DNA of 64,000 bases from assembly GCA_965263355.1 (NCBI GenBank), contig CBDHHL010000056.1, positions 1 to 64,000 of the forward strand, given 5' to 3'. The stretch comes from Leptolyngbyaceae cyanobacterium. GTDB taxonomy: Bacteria > Cyanobacteriota > Cyanobacteriia > Phormidesmidales > Phormidesmidaceae. Positions 29,458 to 40,211 of this stretch are shown here, in pieces. The notes under the pieces were generated by a model. That model searched no databases, was not told where the DNA came from, and saw nothing but the letters and a program-made list of their open reading frames with translations. Position 1 is the first letter of the stretch. Each line of letters begins with the position of its first letter. A program made the position numbers and the translations under genes.

Positions 29458-30255
29458 ATGAAGTTAACAGAGTGGAAACTAAAATTTGATCCAATGCTTC
29501 AGAACAAACATGTTGCTTTATGGACTTGTCCTAGAAGTCGGTCAACTCTTATGGCTAAGGCATTTGAGCAGTTGGATGGGTGCTTTATATTTGATGAGCC
29601 TTTTTATAGTCCATATTTACTAAAGTATGGATTCGATCATCCTCATCGTCAGGAAATTATGGCAGCCTATGAGGTGGATTACATCAAGGTTATTGCAAAA
29701 ATCACTGGTGATCTACCTTCTGGCTATTCTTTTTCATTTCAAAAACACATTTCTAAACATGTTGTCCCTGAATTCGGAGTGGATTGGCTGAGACATTTTC
29801 ACCACATATTTTTACTTCGAGAGCCAAAAGAAATTATCCTTTCCTGGCACAAAGTTTTCGGAAATGTTACGACCCATGATATTGGCATACTGGATCAATA
29901 CAGATTGTTCAAACATGTAAAATCATTATCCGGTCAAGTTCCACTCGTAATTGATTCTCTAGATTTGGTAAAGAATCCCAGAAAAGTACTTAGTTTAATT
30001 TGTTCAAAATTAGGATTAGACTTTTCTGAAAGTATGCTTTCATGGAAGTCTGCCCTACAAAACTCTCAACTTCTATTTACTGGTGATTTGTCATCATGTG
30101 CACCCACCTGGTATTCCGTCGTAGCAAGTTCTACCGGATTCTTGCCTTACCAGGAAAAGAAACCAGCGAATTTACCTGATTCATTAAAGCCTATCGCAGA
30201 AGAATGCTTACCCTTTTATCAGGAGCTTTATCAGCATCGATATGTCTTTGATTGA
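29458..30255 (+). CDS. Sulfotransferase-like P-loop protein
   Basis: LWTCPRSRSTL, DEPFY, FQKH, FLLREP, MLSW motifs; start codon uncertain. Confidence 0.75.
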   Translation: MKLTEWKLKFDPMLQNKHVALWTCPRSRSTLMAKAFEQLDGCFIFDEPFYSPYLLKYGFDHPHRQEIMAAYEVDYIKVIAKITGDLPSGYSFSFQKHISKHVVPEFGVDWLRHFHHIFLLREPKEIILSWHKVFGNVTTHDIGILDQYRLFKHVKSLSGQVPLVIDSLDLVKNPRKVLSLICSKLGLDFSESMLSWKSALQNSQLLFTGDLSSCAPTWYSVVASSTGFLPYQEKKPANLPDSLKPIAEECLPFYQELYQHRYVFD

Positions 30256-30285
30256 AAATTTAATTGTTTTTAAGTATAGCTAATT

Positions 30286-31278
30286 ATGCCTGATATCAAT
30301 GAAGTTAATCAATTATGCTTTGCCTTTTGGCAATCAGCAGTCTTAAGGTCAGCCATCAAACTGGGGTTATTTTCTTTGTTAGAAAACAACAACCTTTCCG
30401 AAGTTGAAATTGCTGAATGTCTCAGTGCGGATCTTGATTTTGTTAAATCATTTCTAAATGTTTGTGTTAAGCTCAACCTCTTAGAGAAAGAAGAAAAGGG
30501 TTTTCGGAACTCACAAATGACATCCGAATTCCTAGTAGCCCAAAACCCTCTGTATCAAGGAGATTATGTTACTCATATTACTAATTTTTGGCAAACATGG
30601 GGACATTTAGATACTCTAATTCTCAAGGGGATATCAGAGTCTCCACTTGAGAATAACTTTGTTGATGCTCCAAGTTACTGGGAGAGCTATATTAAAGGTC
30701 GTCACAATTTGGCCATGGCGGGCCAGGGGCAAATTCTTGCTGAGGCTATTCCTCTGGAAGATAGATATAAGTTGTTAGATATAGGAGGCGGTTCAGGTAG
30801 CTATAGTATTGCATTATGTAATGCTAATCCTAATCTAAAGGCTGTTGTTGTTGATTTAAAGGAACCTCTAGATATTGCTTCACAACTACTAAAGGAATTT
30901 GACCTTAAAGATAGGATTAAATTATTGGCTGGTGACTTCCATGCAGTTGAGCTTGAGCAAGACTACGACGTTGCTTTATTTTCTGCTGTTTTACGGCTGC
31001 TGTCTGAAGAGGAATGTCTTAAGCTTTTATCTAGAGTGCTTGATGCGCTAACTCCTAATGGATTGTTAGTTATTCAAGAATTTATATCACTTGAGAAAAA
31101 TGTTAATCCATCATTGCACGATGCAATGATGGACCTATTTTTGAAAATAGGTTTTAAGTCAAATTCTGGAAATCGTTCAATGGTAGAAATTGAGAAACGA
31201 GTAAAAGCTGTTGGCTTTAGAAACTTTAGGACTATTTCTCTACCTAATCGAACCACCCTACTACTTGCAAACAAATAG
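30286..31278 (+). CDS. SAM-dependent O-methyltransferase with N-terminal dimerisation domain
   Basis: SAIKLGLF, LLDIGGGSG, VDL, AGDF, LTPNGLLVIQE. Confidence 0.88.
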   Translation: MPDINEVNQLCFAFWQSAVLRSAIKLGLFSLLENNNLSEVEIAECLSADLDFVKSFLNVCVKLNLLEKEEKGFRNSQMTSEFLVAQNPLYQGDYVTHITNFWQTWGHLDTLILKGISESPLENNFVDAPSYWESYIKGRHNLAMAGQGQILAEAIPLEDRYKLLDIGGGSGSYSIALCNANPNLKAVVVDLKEPLDIASQLLKEFDLKDRIKLLAGDFHAVELEQDYDVALFSAVLRLLSEEECLKLLSRVLDALTPNGLLVIQEFISLEKNVNPSLHDAMMDLFLKIGFKSNSGNRSMVEIEKRVKAVGFRNFRTISLPNRTTLLLANK

Positions 31279-31479
31279 AGGTGTTTCTGAGTTGCTGGTA
31301 AAGGAAATCATTGCCACCACAGAAGCGTAAAAAAAGCCTGTCCAGGTCCTGCTTACTTAGGAAGAACATTCAGCTTTCGATGCCTGGTGTTCCTAGGAAG
31401 GTATCACTATGAGTGATTTTATTAGGGATGCCATCACTCAGCCGATTCGTGATGGCCGTAAACTTCTGGAGCAGAATTA

Positions 31480-31974
31480 ATGTCCTCTACCAATGCGCAG
31501 CGATACATTTTAGACAATAAGGTATCCATCCCCTGTCAGGATGAATCTGCGTGGCGAGCATTTATGCGGCATGAAAATAATATTCTAGTGGCCCAAGATG
31601 TTGTCGGCCAGTGCCGCATAATGACTGTTTTCCTCGGCTTTAACCATGGCAATGTCGAGAAACCCAAGTTCTTCCAAACCACCTGCTTTGGAAGTAATTC
31701 CCAAGGTAAACCCAGGTACTCCGGAACGTGGCAACGGGCTTGTTTAGAACATCATGGCAAGATTGCCTGTGCCCAAGGGCTGACAAAGTTCAACGCCGAT
31801 AGAGCAGCAAGGATTGATCGATCGTTCAAATTTATTGACTGCACCTTCGCCCCAGGTGAAATCCAGTTCTTACTGGAGTCCGAAGAAGACGCCATCAAAA
31901 TGATACCCACCAATCGCAAACACTGGGAACGTCGAGGACGGGTGGTTGTTTTTCTAATTCGCCCTAGACAATAA
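31480..31974 (+). CDS. Hypothetical protein
   Basis: 164-aa ORF with GGAG upstream; TVFLGFNH...FQTTCFG segment. Confidence 0.65.
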   Translation: MSSTNAQRYILDNKVSIPCQDESAWRAFMRHENNILVAQDVVGQCRIMTVFLGFNHGNVEKPKFFQTTCFGSNSQGKPRYSGTWQRACLEHHGKIACAQGLTKFNADRAARIDRSFKFIDCTFAPGEIQFLLESEEDAIKMIPTNRKHWERRGRVVVFLIRPRQ

Positions 31975-32058
31975 CTGTCCGGACAAGGGCAGTCCAACCT
32001 CAACAGTTGGCGCTCCCAACTCAATTTATCGCAAGGGCTTTGATGCCTTCGCTGGTTT

Positions 32059-32757
32059 TTATAACTGTTTAGGATCAATGCCTAATTCACGTAGTTTATC
32101 AAAGGCGCGATCGCGTTCTTCCTGGGCCTGGTCAAGTTCCTGCTGCACCTGGTCACGCTCTTGCTGGGCCTGATCACGCTCCTCAATAAACTCACCGGGC
32201 TCCTTAAAGCGTTCCCCATTGGGATAGAACACAGCCAATCCATCATCAAACAGCTCAAATCGAACCTGCAAGATGGGCGAAACCCAGGGAAAATTTAGCG
32301 GCGTAATCGGAGAAAAAAGCTGTCCCTGCTTGCTTCGCACCAATCCCCAAAATTCATAGGACTCTGGATCATAAAAAAACATTTCCAGCACACTGTGGTC
32401 TCGGTAAAAACTTTGCTTTTTCAACATTTCTCCAGCAGTATTGCTAGGAGAAAGAATTTCAAAAACAACCTGGGGAGCAATATTATCTTCTTGCCATTGC
32501 TTGTAACTCCCCCGATCCCCATCAGGCCGTCCTAAAACAACCATCACGTCCGGGGCCTGAGATGGTGCTGGTGGCTCCTTGACCTCAATGGGATACCACA
32601 GTAAATCGCCCGCCACAAACGCCGTTTGGTCTTTTAATAATCGCTTAAGATTAGTCACCAAACGGACAATCCAGCGATACTGAATGGTATTCTCAGCCAT
32701 CGGTTTACCGTCTGAATCAGGGTATAACGCCTGTTCTATTGAAAACGCCTGGACCAT
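32059..32757 (-). CDS. Uma2-family (PD-(D/E)xK) endonuclease-like protein with heptad-repeat tail
   Basis: YPDSDGKPMAEN, APDVMVV, PQVVFEILSPSN; ERDQAQQ repeats. Confidence 0.92.
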   Translation of the reverse strand: MVQAFSIEQALYPDSDGKPMAENTIQYRWIVRLVTNLKRLLKDQTAFVAGDLLWYPIEVKEPPAPSQAPDVMVVLGRPDGDRGSYKQWQEDNIAPQVVFEILSPSNTAGEMLKKQSFYRDHSVLEMFFYDPESYEFWGLVRSKQGQLFSPITPLNFPWVSPILQVRFELFDDGLAVFYPNGERFKEPGEFIEERDQAQQERDQVQQELDQAQEERDRAFDKLRELGIDPKQL

Positions 32758-32874
32758 GGAAGGTGTCCTTGGGTGTGGTTAGTACTATTATTCTACACCT
32801 GGGGCTTTGAGGTGGTGTGGTTTGTTTAATGGTAACTGGGCCGTGCTACGGTCACTGACGGTATCGCGATGAAT

Positions 32875-34287
32875 CTAGAACGAGCCCCCCTGAGAATTGC
32901 TCAGAATTCCGAGGGTCCTCTCACTCAATTTTTTCAATGCCACACTTATTAGACACACCCCTAGAAAATAAATAAGAAACATAAGAACTATTGGACCCCG
33001 AAACAGTAAAAAATCAAAATGAATTAGGAATGTGTTATGGACCAAATAAAGTTCAAAGGAAATCCACCCAAGAAAATGAAGGAACCAGCAAGCACGTTGG
33101 TATTTCAGCAGTAAAACTATTATTAAAGTAAGCGTAGACGCGATTAAAACATTGGCTATACTACGAGTAGGAGCCCAGTACATAAGAGACAAAACTTCCT
33201 CAAACTCCCACGTCTGGAAAACACGACTGAGATAGTTAAAGTATATAGTGAGAAAAACAATAAGACAGCAAATCAACTCCCAAGGAACTGGTTGCTGATT
33301 TGCTTTAATCCTGTATTGATACAGTAGATATATACTTGAAAATACTACAAGTATCCCAGCTATCATAAGAATTGTTTGATAGGCATGGAACCTTAGTGTT
33401 TCCGCCAACCAGAATGACACCCCAGTCAATAATATTAAACCAGCAAGGGAAATTACGATTTTTCTGAAAGGAAATTGAATAAACTCATCCAGCTTTTTGA
33501 TAACCATTGAGTGGTTAAAACCCAACCAACAACCAAAGGGAAAGCTAAAGGCATTAGCTTTAGCCACATAAGGCATATCAGGAATAGTAATAATAGCGAA
33601 AGAGAATATAAGTAGTAAACGCAGTTTATGGGAGTCGCAAAGATTTAGCCTAGCACTGATGTATAGCAAGCAATACCAAAACAGAACAAAGACGATAAAC
33701 CACATTTTTCCGTCGAGGCTTTCCATTGCAAATAAGATTCTGGGTATCTCTGTAAGAAAGCCATTCTGCATTTCGGGTACGAGAATCACATAGAGTGCTA
33801 ATAGCAAAAGCAGGGCGTATATCAATGGAATAAAGATACGAGATAACCTCTTTTTAAAGAAATCTTGGACTCCCTTCTTCTGAATAGAGATGCATGTGCC
33901 ATAACCAGAAAAAATAAAGAAAATAGTCACTCCAACCATGCCAACTTCTGACCAAATTGAGTAAAGCGAAGGCAGTGGTTCAGTGTAGTAGCACAAATGA
34001 TTGAAAAGAATCAATAAAATTGCTAACCCTTTAGCTTGAGTCGTTTGCGTAACGGACAGGGGAGAATCTCTATTTTTTTTCCTTATTGTTAGGAGACATA
34101 GGATAAAAAATATTGCAGCCAAAAAAATATCAAATTGAGGATTCTCAACGGGAAGTTTAGTTTGGTAATGATTGATAAACGTAGGGGATATAGTCATTAG
34201 TGGCCCATAACCGGGGAGCAATATTCCTAACGGTAGGGCCAACCCAAATATTTTGAGGATTGACGTCCACTGCAATAATAAGGGCAT
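32875..34287 (-). CDS. Acyltransferase-3 family membrane protein
   Basis: KGLAILLILFNH, GVTIFFIFSGYG, FFKKRLSRI, LGWISFELYLVH. Confidence 0.85.
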   Translation of the reverse strand: MPLLLQWTSILKIFGLALPLGILLPGYGPLMTISPTFINHYQTKLPVENPQFDIFLAAIFFILCLLTIRKKNRDSPLSVTQTTQAKGLAILLILFNHLCYYTEPLPSLYSIWSEVGMVGVTIFFIFSGYGTCISIQKKGVQDFFKKRLSRIFIPLIYALLLLLALYVILVPEMQNGFLTEIPRILFAMESLDGKMWFIVFVLFWYCLLYISARLNLCDSHKLRLLLIFSFAIITIPDMPYVAKANAFSFPFGCWLGFNHSMVIKKLDEFIQFPFRKIVISLAGLILLTGVSFWLAETLRFHAYQTILMIAGILVVFSSIYLLYQYRIKANQQPVPWELICCLIVFLTIYFNYLSRVFQTWEFEEVLSLMYWAPTRSIANVLIASTLTLIIVLLLKYQRACWFLHFLGWISFELYLVHNTFLIHFDFLLFRGPIVLMFLIYFLGVCLISVALKKLSERTLGILSNSQGGSF

Positions 34288-34379
34288 AGGCTGGATCCTG
34301 ATTGTCTAATGGGACAAAGCGTCTTGTCATTCACCAATGACGAGATTTAACCAGCTAGTATCCCCATTAGACATCGCAT

Positions 34380-35510
34380 TTATGCCACCATAGGGACATC
34401 CATCGCTAAAACCTCTGCATAAAACTTCTGCAATTGCTGAGTTGCCCCACGCCAACCCCAACGTTCTGCTTCAATGCGCGCATTGCGGCGCAGTAGCTCA
34501 ATCTCTGTCCGGGTCGCTAACAACCGCTTGGTTGCCTTAATGGCACCTTCGTCATCCTTAGGGTCAAACAAAAAGCCGTTAGTGCCATCTGTAACAATAT
34601 CCGGAATGCCGCCTGCATTTGCCGCCACCGTCGGACAGCCTGCGGCCATGGCCTCTAGCAATACCAAGCCCAAGGTTTCAGTACGAGATGGAAAAACAAA
34701 TGCATCCCCAGAAGCATAGGCAGATGCAAGCTCCTCACCCCCGAGATAACCAACAAAGTTAGTGTTAGTCCCGGCAAAATGTTCCTCCAATTCTTCACGG
34801 TAGGGACCATCCCCCACCAAGGCCAGACGTGCATCGGGAATGGCTTCTAAAATCGGCTTAATCCGATCGACTTCTTTTTCTGCCGACAGACGCCCTACGT
34901 ATATCAGTAATGGTGCATCTGGATGGCCCTGGCTCAAACGCTCACGCATTTCCCGACTGGCCAAGCTAGGACGGAATAAGTCCGTATCTACACCCCGCTG
35001 CCAGACCTTAACATTTTCAATACCGTGCTCCGTCAGCTCTTGCTGCATAGCCGTAGACGTACACAAGTTAAGACGAGCATTATTATGAACCGCCTTCAGC
35101 AGCTCCCAAAGCATGCCTTCAAACATGCCAAAGCCGTAGTGCTCCAGATACTTCGGTAAGTGGGTATGATACGACGCCACGAGCGGTATCTCCAGGGCTT
35201 TAGCGTAATAAACCCCAGCCAGTCCCAAAACCGCCGGATTCACAACATGGATCAAATCAGGCTTAAACGCTTCTATCCCTTCACCAATTGAAGGCCGAGG
35301 TAGGGCCAACTTTAGCTCAGGGTATAGGGGCATAGGAAAACCGGAAATACCCTCGATTTTTGCGCCTTTATATTCCGTTAAACCGCCTTCTGGACAGAAT
35401 ACGCATACATCATCGCCTAAGGCCTGTAGCTGTTCGACGGTATGCTTGAGGCGAGTTACGATGCCGTCAACTTTAGGCAAAAATGTTTCAGTAAACAGGG
35501 CTATGCGCAT
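34380..35510 (-). CDS. sqdX: Sulfoquinovosyldiacylglycerol synthase (GT4)
   Basis: MRIALFTETFLPKVDGIVTRL, ETLGLVLLEAMA; next to sqdB. Confidence 0.93.
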   Translation of the reverse strand: MRIALFTETFLPKVDGIVTRLKHTVEQLQALGDDVCVFCPEGGLTEYKGAKIEGISGFPMPLYPELKLALPRPSIGEGIEAFKPDLIHVVNPAVLGLAGVYYAKALEIPLVASYHTHLPKYLEHYGFGMFEGMLWELLKAVHNNARLNLCTSTAMQQELTEHGIENVKVWQRGVDTDLFRPSLASREMRERLSQGHPDAPLLIYVGRLSAEKEVDRIKPILEAIPDARLALVGDGPYREELEEHFAGTNTNFVGYLGGEELASAYASGDAFVFPSRTETLGLVLLEAMAAGCPTVAANAGGIPDIVTDGTNGFLFDPKDDEGAIKATKRLLATRTEIELLRRNARIEAERWGWRGATQQLQKFYAEVLAMDVPMVA

Positions 35511-35754
35511 ATGTCTAGCAATAGTTAAAGCGAGGGTATCAAAAAAGACTGAACTGTTGATTATTCAACCGCGAAATTGTCCAGGACTCAAGGTTTCACA
35601 AAAATGCTTTTTTGGCAATATCCCAAATAACAGGAAAAATTGGCAGGCTTAAAAAGTAAAAAATGGAAATTATTGTATGGTAGAGCGGTTTTAGGTTGAG
35701 ATGAATACGGTTTGGTTTCGTAGGCGAGTTTAGAAAATCTGGCTTAAGCGGGAC

Positions 35755-35810
35755 ATCAGGAGCAAGCAGTCAGAAATCAGTGAGCTGACTCCTGACTCCT
35801 AACTCCTGAA
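35755..35810. repeat. STRR-like heptamer repeats forming an imperfect hairpin
   Basis: CTGACTC-CTGACTC-CTAACTC-CTGA with upstream AGTCAG/AATCAG. Confidence 0.55.
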
Positions 35811-35816
35811 CCCTAT

Positions 35817-37016
35817 CTAGCCAGCCGGAATTGGTTTCGGTGCAGGAGCCGCCTTTTTAGTCCACTTCGAAGTACAGATAATCTTCGACGTATCACAGCG
35901 GCCTACGTACTTTTTGGCAATCTCGGTGACTTCCAGCATCAGACCCTTATCTAACTGAGTGGGCTGGAGACCCATATCCAGGAAGCACTGGTTGTCCACA
36001 ACCAGCTCGTTCTCAGCCGCTTCATTACGGGGGTTTTCCATATACTGGATTTCAGCTTCCGCAATATCAGCCACAATCCTGGCTAGATCACGTACTCGGT
36101 GGGTTTCGGTCATCTGGTTTAAGATTTTTACCCGATCTCCCTTCTCAGGCGGATTGTTGATAGCTAGCTCAACGCACCGTACCGTATCTTGAATATGGAT
36201 AAAGGCTCGGGTTTGACCACCGGTACCGTGTACTGTCAACGGATGACCAATGGCTGCTTGCATTAAGAATCGATTTAACACAGTGCCGTAGTCGCCATCG
36301 TAATCAAAGCGATTAATCAACCGCTCATCCATGGCAGTCTCACGGGTATTAGTCCCCCAGACAATGCCTTGGTGTAGGTCAGTCACTCGGACCTTGTCGT
36401 TCTTGTTGTAGTACGCAAAGAATAGCTGGTCCTGGGTTTTGGTCATATGGTAGATACTGCCAGGGTTAGCCGGGTGCAGGATCTGTTTTTCAATTACCTT
36501 GCCAGTATCGGTGACTACCTGGATATCTAAGTATCCCTCAGGAATCTTCATGCCAGCCGTGCCATAGCCGTAAACACCCATGGTACCGAGGTGAACCACA
36601 TGGATATCTAGATCAGATTCAACGATGGCACAAAGCACATTATTAGTACCGTTAAGGTTGTTATCAACGGTGTAGCGCTTGTGCTTAGCCGATTTCATGG
36701 AGTAGGGGGCAGCCCGTTGCTCAGCGAAATGCACGATGACATCAGGGGCATAGTCGCAAATCAAATGGAAGAGTTTGTCATACTCCTGTGCGATATCGAG
36801 ATTATGGAAATCAATGGTCTTACCTGTAATTGCTTTCCAGGTCGACAGCCGTGTAGACATGGAGCTAATAGGAGTTAAAGACCCGATTTCTAGCTCATTG
36901 TCGATATTGCGTCGCGATAGGTTATCAACAATGGCAACCTCATGACCTGCGTTGGATAGATGCAGTGCGGTGGGCCAGCCGCAAAAGCCATCTCCACCTA
37001 ATACGATTACTTTCAT
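35817..37016 (-). CDS. sqdB: UDP-sulfoquinovose synthase
   Basis: GGDGFCGWPTAL, HFAEQRAAPYSM, HLGTMGVYG, YHMTK, DLHQGIVWG. Confidence 0.96.
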   Translation of the reverse strand: MKVIVLGGDGFCGWPTALHLSNAGHEVAIVDNLSRRNIDNELEIGSLTPISSMSTRLSTWKAITGKTIDFHNLDIAQEYDKLFHLICDYAPDVIVHFAEQRAAPYSMKSAKHKRYTVDNNLNGTNNVLCAIVESDLDIHVVHLGTMGVYGYGTAGMKIPEGYLDIQVVTDTGKVIEKQILHPANPGSIYHMTKTQDQLFFAYYNKNDKVRVTDLHQGIVWGTNTRETAMDERLINRFDYDGDYGTVLNRFLMQAAIGHPLTVHGTGGQTRAFIHIQDTVRCVELAINNPPEKGDRVKILNQMTETHRVRDLARIVADIAEAEIQYMENPRNEAAENELVVDNQCFLDMGLQPTQLDKGLMLEVTEIAKKYVGRCDTSKIICTSKWTKKAAPAPKPIPAG

Positions 37017-37305
37017 CCTGTTAGCGCTTAAGCCTCCTTCATGATTAGCAAGAATTATACAGAAAATAGGTATAAATCGTTATCATCTGCGGTCATCTGA
37101 CTTGGGCTGGCACATTAGCTGTACTGATGGCTGCAAGGGTAAAAAAAACGAGAAAATCTGACGGCGCAATCGTTCCAGCAGCTCGTTTTGCTGAGTTGAT
37201 AATATCGCCTTGATGTGTTTTCTATTCTTTTGTCGAGGAAAAAAGTTTTGACTTACGGTCAGATAGTTGGGCGCGTAGCGGGAGACTATTAACGGGGTTG
37301 ATGGC

Positions 37306-38517
37306 TCAATTTGATAAACCGTTTAGCTTGAATAGCCAAATCTGAGTTTCCTGTCGAGTATCGAAGTTATTGTCGCTGACCATAATCAGGCTCTGGCCGT
37401 CATCCCACAGTTTAGGTCCCAGGGTCATGGCTTCGAGGTTGTCTGGTTTGAGGGATGTCAGGTCAGCGACAAGCTGTTTGCGAATAGGGGTAATGCCGCT
37501 GGTGTCGCCTTGCAGTGTGGTGATGCTACTGATATCGGTCGCGACTCCAGTGGCTAGCTGGTAAAGCTTAATTGATGTGCCCTGCAGGCCAAATGCCCGC
37601 TCGATGGCTAAAAAGTGACCGCCCACATCAATGGACAAAATTTCTGAAAGGCCATTAAGGACAGCGCCTAAGGGGGCTGTATCCATGGGGTACAAATGTT
37701 CTGAAAGTAGTATGGATTGTGCTGTGTCAGAAAAGTTAGGGTCAATTAGATAATGCAACCACCGGTTTTTGAAGGGAATTTCGGGGTCTATGTCTAGATC
37801 CTGGTACAGCGGTCCTTCGGTGGCGGCAAATAGCCGAAAGGGTTCGTAGGGACCGCCGGGGGCACTAATCGTGAGGGCTTCAAAGCCAATATTTTCTTGA
37901 ATGCCCTGGGTTTGGGTATCGGAAATTTTGCCATCTTTGGTGGCTAATAGGTACCGATCGGGCACACGAAAGCTGGTTTTTAGGTTTCCGGTTTCCAGGT
38001 CAAATTCTTGTAGTTTTGGAGGAATTTTTTGTCGGGGAGAACCCTCACTGGAAATAATCAAGCTGCGGCTTGGTGTGAGTACCATGCCTTCGGCATCAAG
38101 GGGGGCAATGGAGTTGCTAGTCTCGTCCTTTAGGGGGGTGACGGCTGCAACGGTGGCCTGGGTAATAGCAGTGGGGCTAAGGTCCAGATTTAAGGTGTAA
38201 AACCTGGGTTGCTGGCGGTCGTCGGATAGGGCATAGAAACGGTTGCGATCGCGATCATAGGTAATGGCTGACAACCCGCCTACCAAGGTCCCTGCAAATT
38301 CATCCATGGGCAGGACTATTTGAGCTATGGGCTCCACAGATAAATCTAAAAATAAACGTTCCTCAGCATTGACTTGAGGAACCGTGCAACTACTGATGCA
38401 GAGGCTAATCACACCAATCAAAAGAAATCTGCTTAGCCAACATCTAAGGTTTCTGAAATCTATATGGAGATTAGTTAACATGGCGGGTATTGTCATTAGA
38501 CCCCCATAGCCTATCAA
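37306..38517 (-). CDS. Phytase-like (esterase-like activity of phytase) family lipoprotein
   Basis: GGLSAITYD, ALSDD, DAEG, NIGFEAL, DNLEAM, SDNNF; lipobox-like ISSC; start uncertain. Confidence 0.85.
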   Translation of the reverse strand: MIGYGGLMTIPAMLTNLHIDFRNLRCWLSRFLLIGVISLCISSCTVPQVNAEERLFLDLSVEPIAQIVLPMDEFAGTLVGGLSAITYDRDRNRFYALSDDRQQPRFYTLNLDLSPTAITQATVAAVTPLKDETSNSIAPLDAEGMVLTPSRSLIISSEGSPRQKIPPKLQEFDLETGNLKTSFRVPDRYLLATKDGKISDTQTQGIQENIGFEALTISAPGGPYEPFRLFAATEGPLYQDLDIDPEIPFKNRWLHYLIDPNFSDTAQSILLSEHLYPMDTAPLGAVLNGLSEILSIDVGGHFLAIERAFGLQGTSIKLYQLATGVATDISSITTLQGDTSGITPIRKQLVADLTSLKPDNLEAMTLGPKLWDDGQSLIMVSDNNFDTRQETQIWLFKLNGLSN

Positions 38518-38771
38518 AGTTTTATAAAACAGATACTCTAGAGTTCTGACAGGAGCACGTCAGGAACTGAAGATATCCACAACAGTCGCATCAAACCTAT
38601 AAGAGACTTATATGCCAGTTGTTCCTCTGCATGGATCTGCAGGCTTAATCTATATTTTCTCGATACTCAGCCAATATTTTTGGCGTTTCACTGACTCTGC
38701 CAAGCCTACGAAGATGTTAATAGGGCAACAGGTGTTGGGTTGGCCGTAATTTGGCCATAGCCTATTTCTTC

Positions 38772-40211
38772 CTAAGCAAGAATATCAATAATTGCACCTG
38801 AACGAGCCTGTATTGATAGTGTCTGAGGATCAACGTGAAGAATACCGTTATCCCAAAGAACCTTAGCGGTATTGTTTAATAAAGGTAGGTTAAGGGTTAT
38901 ATCGGTCTCTCCCGTATTAACAGCGACAAGAATTGTTTCTCTATTATTTTTGCGAACAAAACAATAGCCATCCCCATGGGCCATAACCGTTTCATAGATG
39001 CCAGTACGAAGAGCCGCATGACGATGGCGCAAAGCGATAAGTTCTTTGTGTAATGTTAGTAGCTCCTGATTCCACTGTTCAGGGGCTGGAAAGCTGCGAC
39101 GACAATCTGGATCGTCGGCACCTGCAAGACCTACCTCATCACCATAGTAGATGCTGGGTGCCCCAGGAAATGTCATCTGCAACAATACAGCTAGTTCAAG
39201 GCTAGAGTGATCATCACTAATCACAGTTAATGCCCGAGCAATATCATGGCTGGATAACAAATTTAACTGGGTCAGCTGAATCTCCCAAGGATACAATGCC
39301 AACAACTCTTCTATCTTTTGGGCATATCCCTGGGCATCGAGAGCTGGATATGGGAAGTAAGACGGTCGTTCTACCAAAGACATAACTACCCGATCTTTAG
39401 CCGTAAACGCCAACACTGGCCCGGTAAACAAATAGTTCATCACCCCATCAAACTGGCTGCCATCCAGCCACTGACGCGCATCAGTCCAAATCTCACCTAC
39501 AATGTAGGCCTCTGGATTGATCGCCTTGACCCGCTGACGAAACTCCTGCCAAAATCCTTCAGCCTGAATATCAAAGGGGACATCCAATCGCCAACCATCA
39601 ATCCCCTGATGTAGCCAGTGCTCGGCAATTTGCATAATATATTCTCGCACCTGCGGATTGTCGTGATTAAACTCCGGCAGTGCTCGGTTGTTGCACCAAC
39701 TCTCATAGTTAGCGGATTTAGTGCCATCATAGGCAGACAGGGGCCAGCCCTCAACCTTGAACCAGTCTAACCAGGGAGATGTAGGCCCGTTTTCAAGAAT
39801 ATCGTTAAAGAAAAAGAATCCCCGACTAGCATGGTTAAATACCCCATCGAGAACAACTTTAATGTCACGCTGATGAGCGGCTTTTAGGAAGTCATCAAAA
39901 GCGGCGTTGCCCCCCAGTAATGGATCAACCTGGTAGTAATCGTGGGTATGGTAGCGATGATTGCTACCAGATTGAAAGATGGGGGTAAAGTAAATGGCAT
40001 TAATGCCCAAATCCTTTAGATAGTCCAGGTTTTCTGCCACACCCCACAGGTCACCCCCCTTATAACCATTGCCGGTGGGTGGGGTATCCCAGGATTCTAA
40101 CGGCACTTGCATGGTGGGGGGTAGCGGTTGCTGCTGAGTGCGGGCAAAACGGTCTGGAAAAATTTGGTAGAAAACGGCGTGCTTAACCCAATCAGGAGTT
40201 TGGACTTGCAT
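38772..40211 (-). CDS. nplT: Neopullulanase / GH13 alpha-amylase
   Basis: FYQIFPDRF, DGVFNH, GWRLDV, VGEIW, LSSHD, YYGDE. Confidence 0.92.
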   Translation of the reverse strand: MQVQTPDWVKHAVFYQIFPDRFARTQQQPLPPTMQVPLESWDTPPTGNGYKGGDLWGVAENLDYLKDLGINAIYFTPIFQSGSNHRYHTHDYYQVDPLLGGNAAFDDFLKAAHQRDIKVVLDGVFNHASRGFFFFNDILENGPTSPWLDWFKVEGWPLSAYDGTKSANYESWCNNRALPEFNHDNPQVREYIMQIAEHWLHQGIDGWRLDVPFDIQAEGFWQEFRQRVKAINPEAYIVGEIWTDARQWLDGSQFDGVMNYLFTGPVLAFTAKDRVVMSLVERPSYFPYPALDAQGYAQKIEELLALYPWEIQLTQLNLLSSHDIARALTVISDDHSSLELAVLLQMTFPGAPSIYYGDEVGLAGADDPDCRRSFPAPEQWNQELLTLHKELIALRHRHAALRTGIYETVMAHGDGYCFVRKNNRETILVAVNTGETDITLNLPLLNNTAKVLWDNGILHVDPQTLSIQARSGAIIDILA

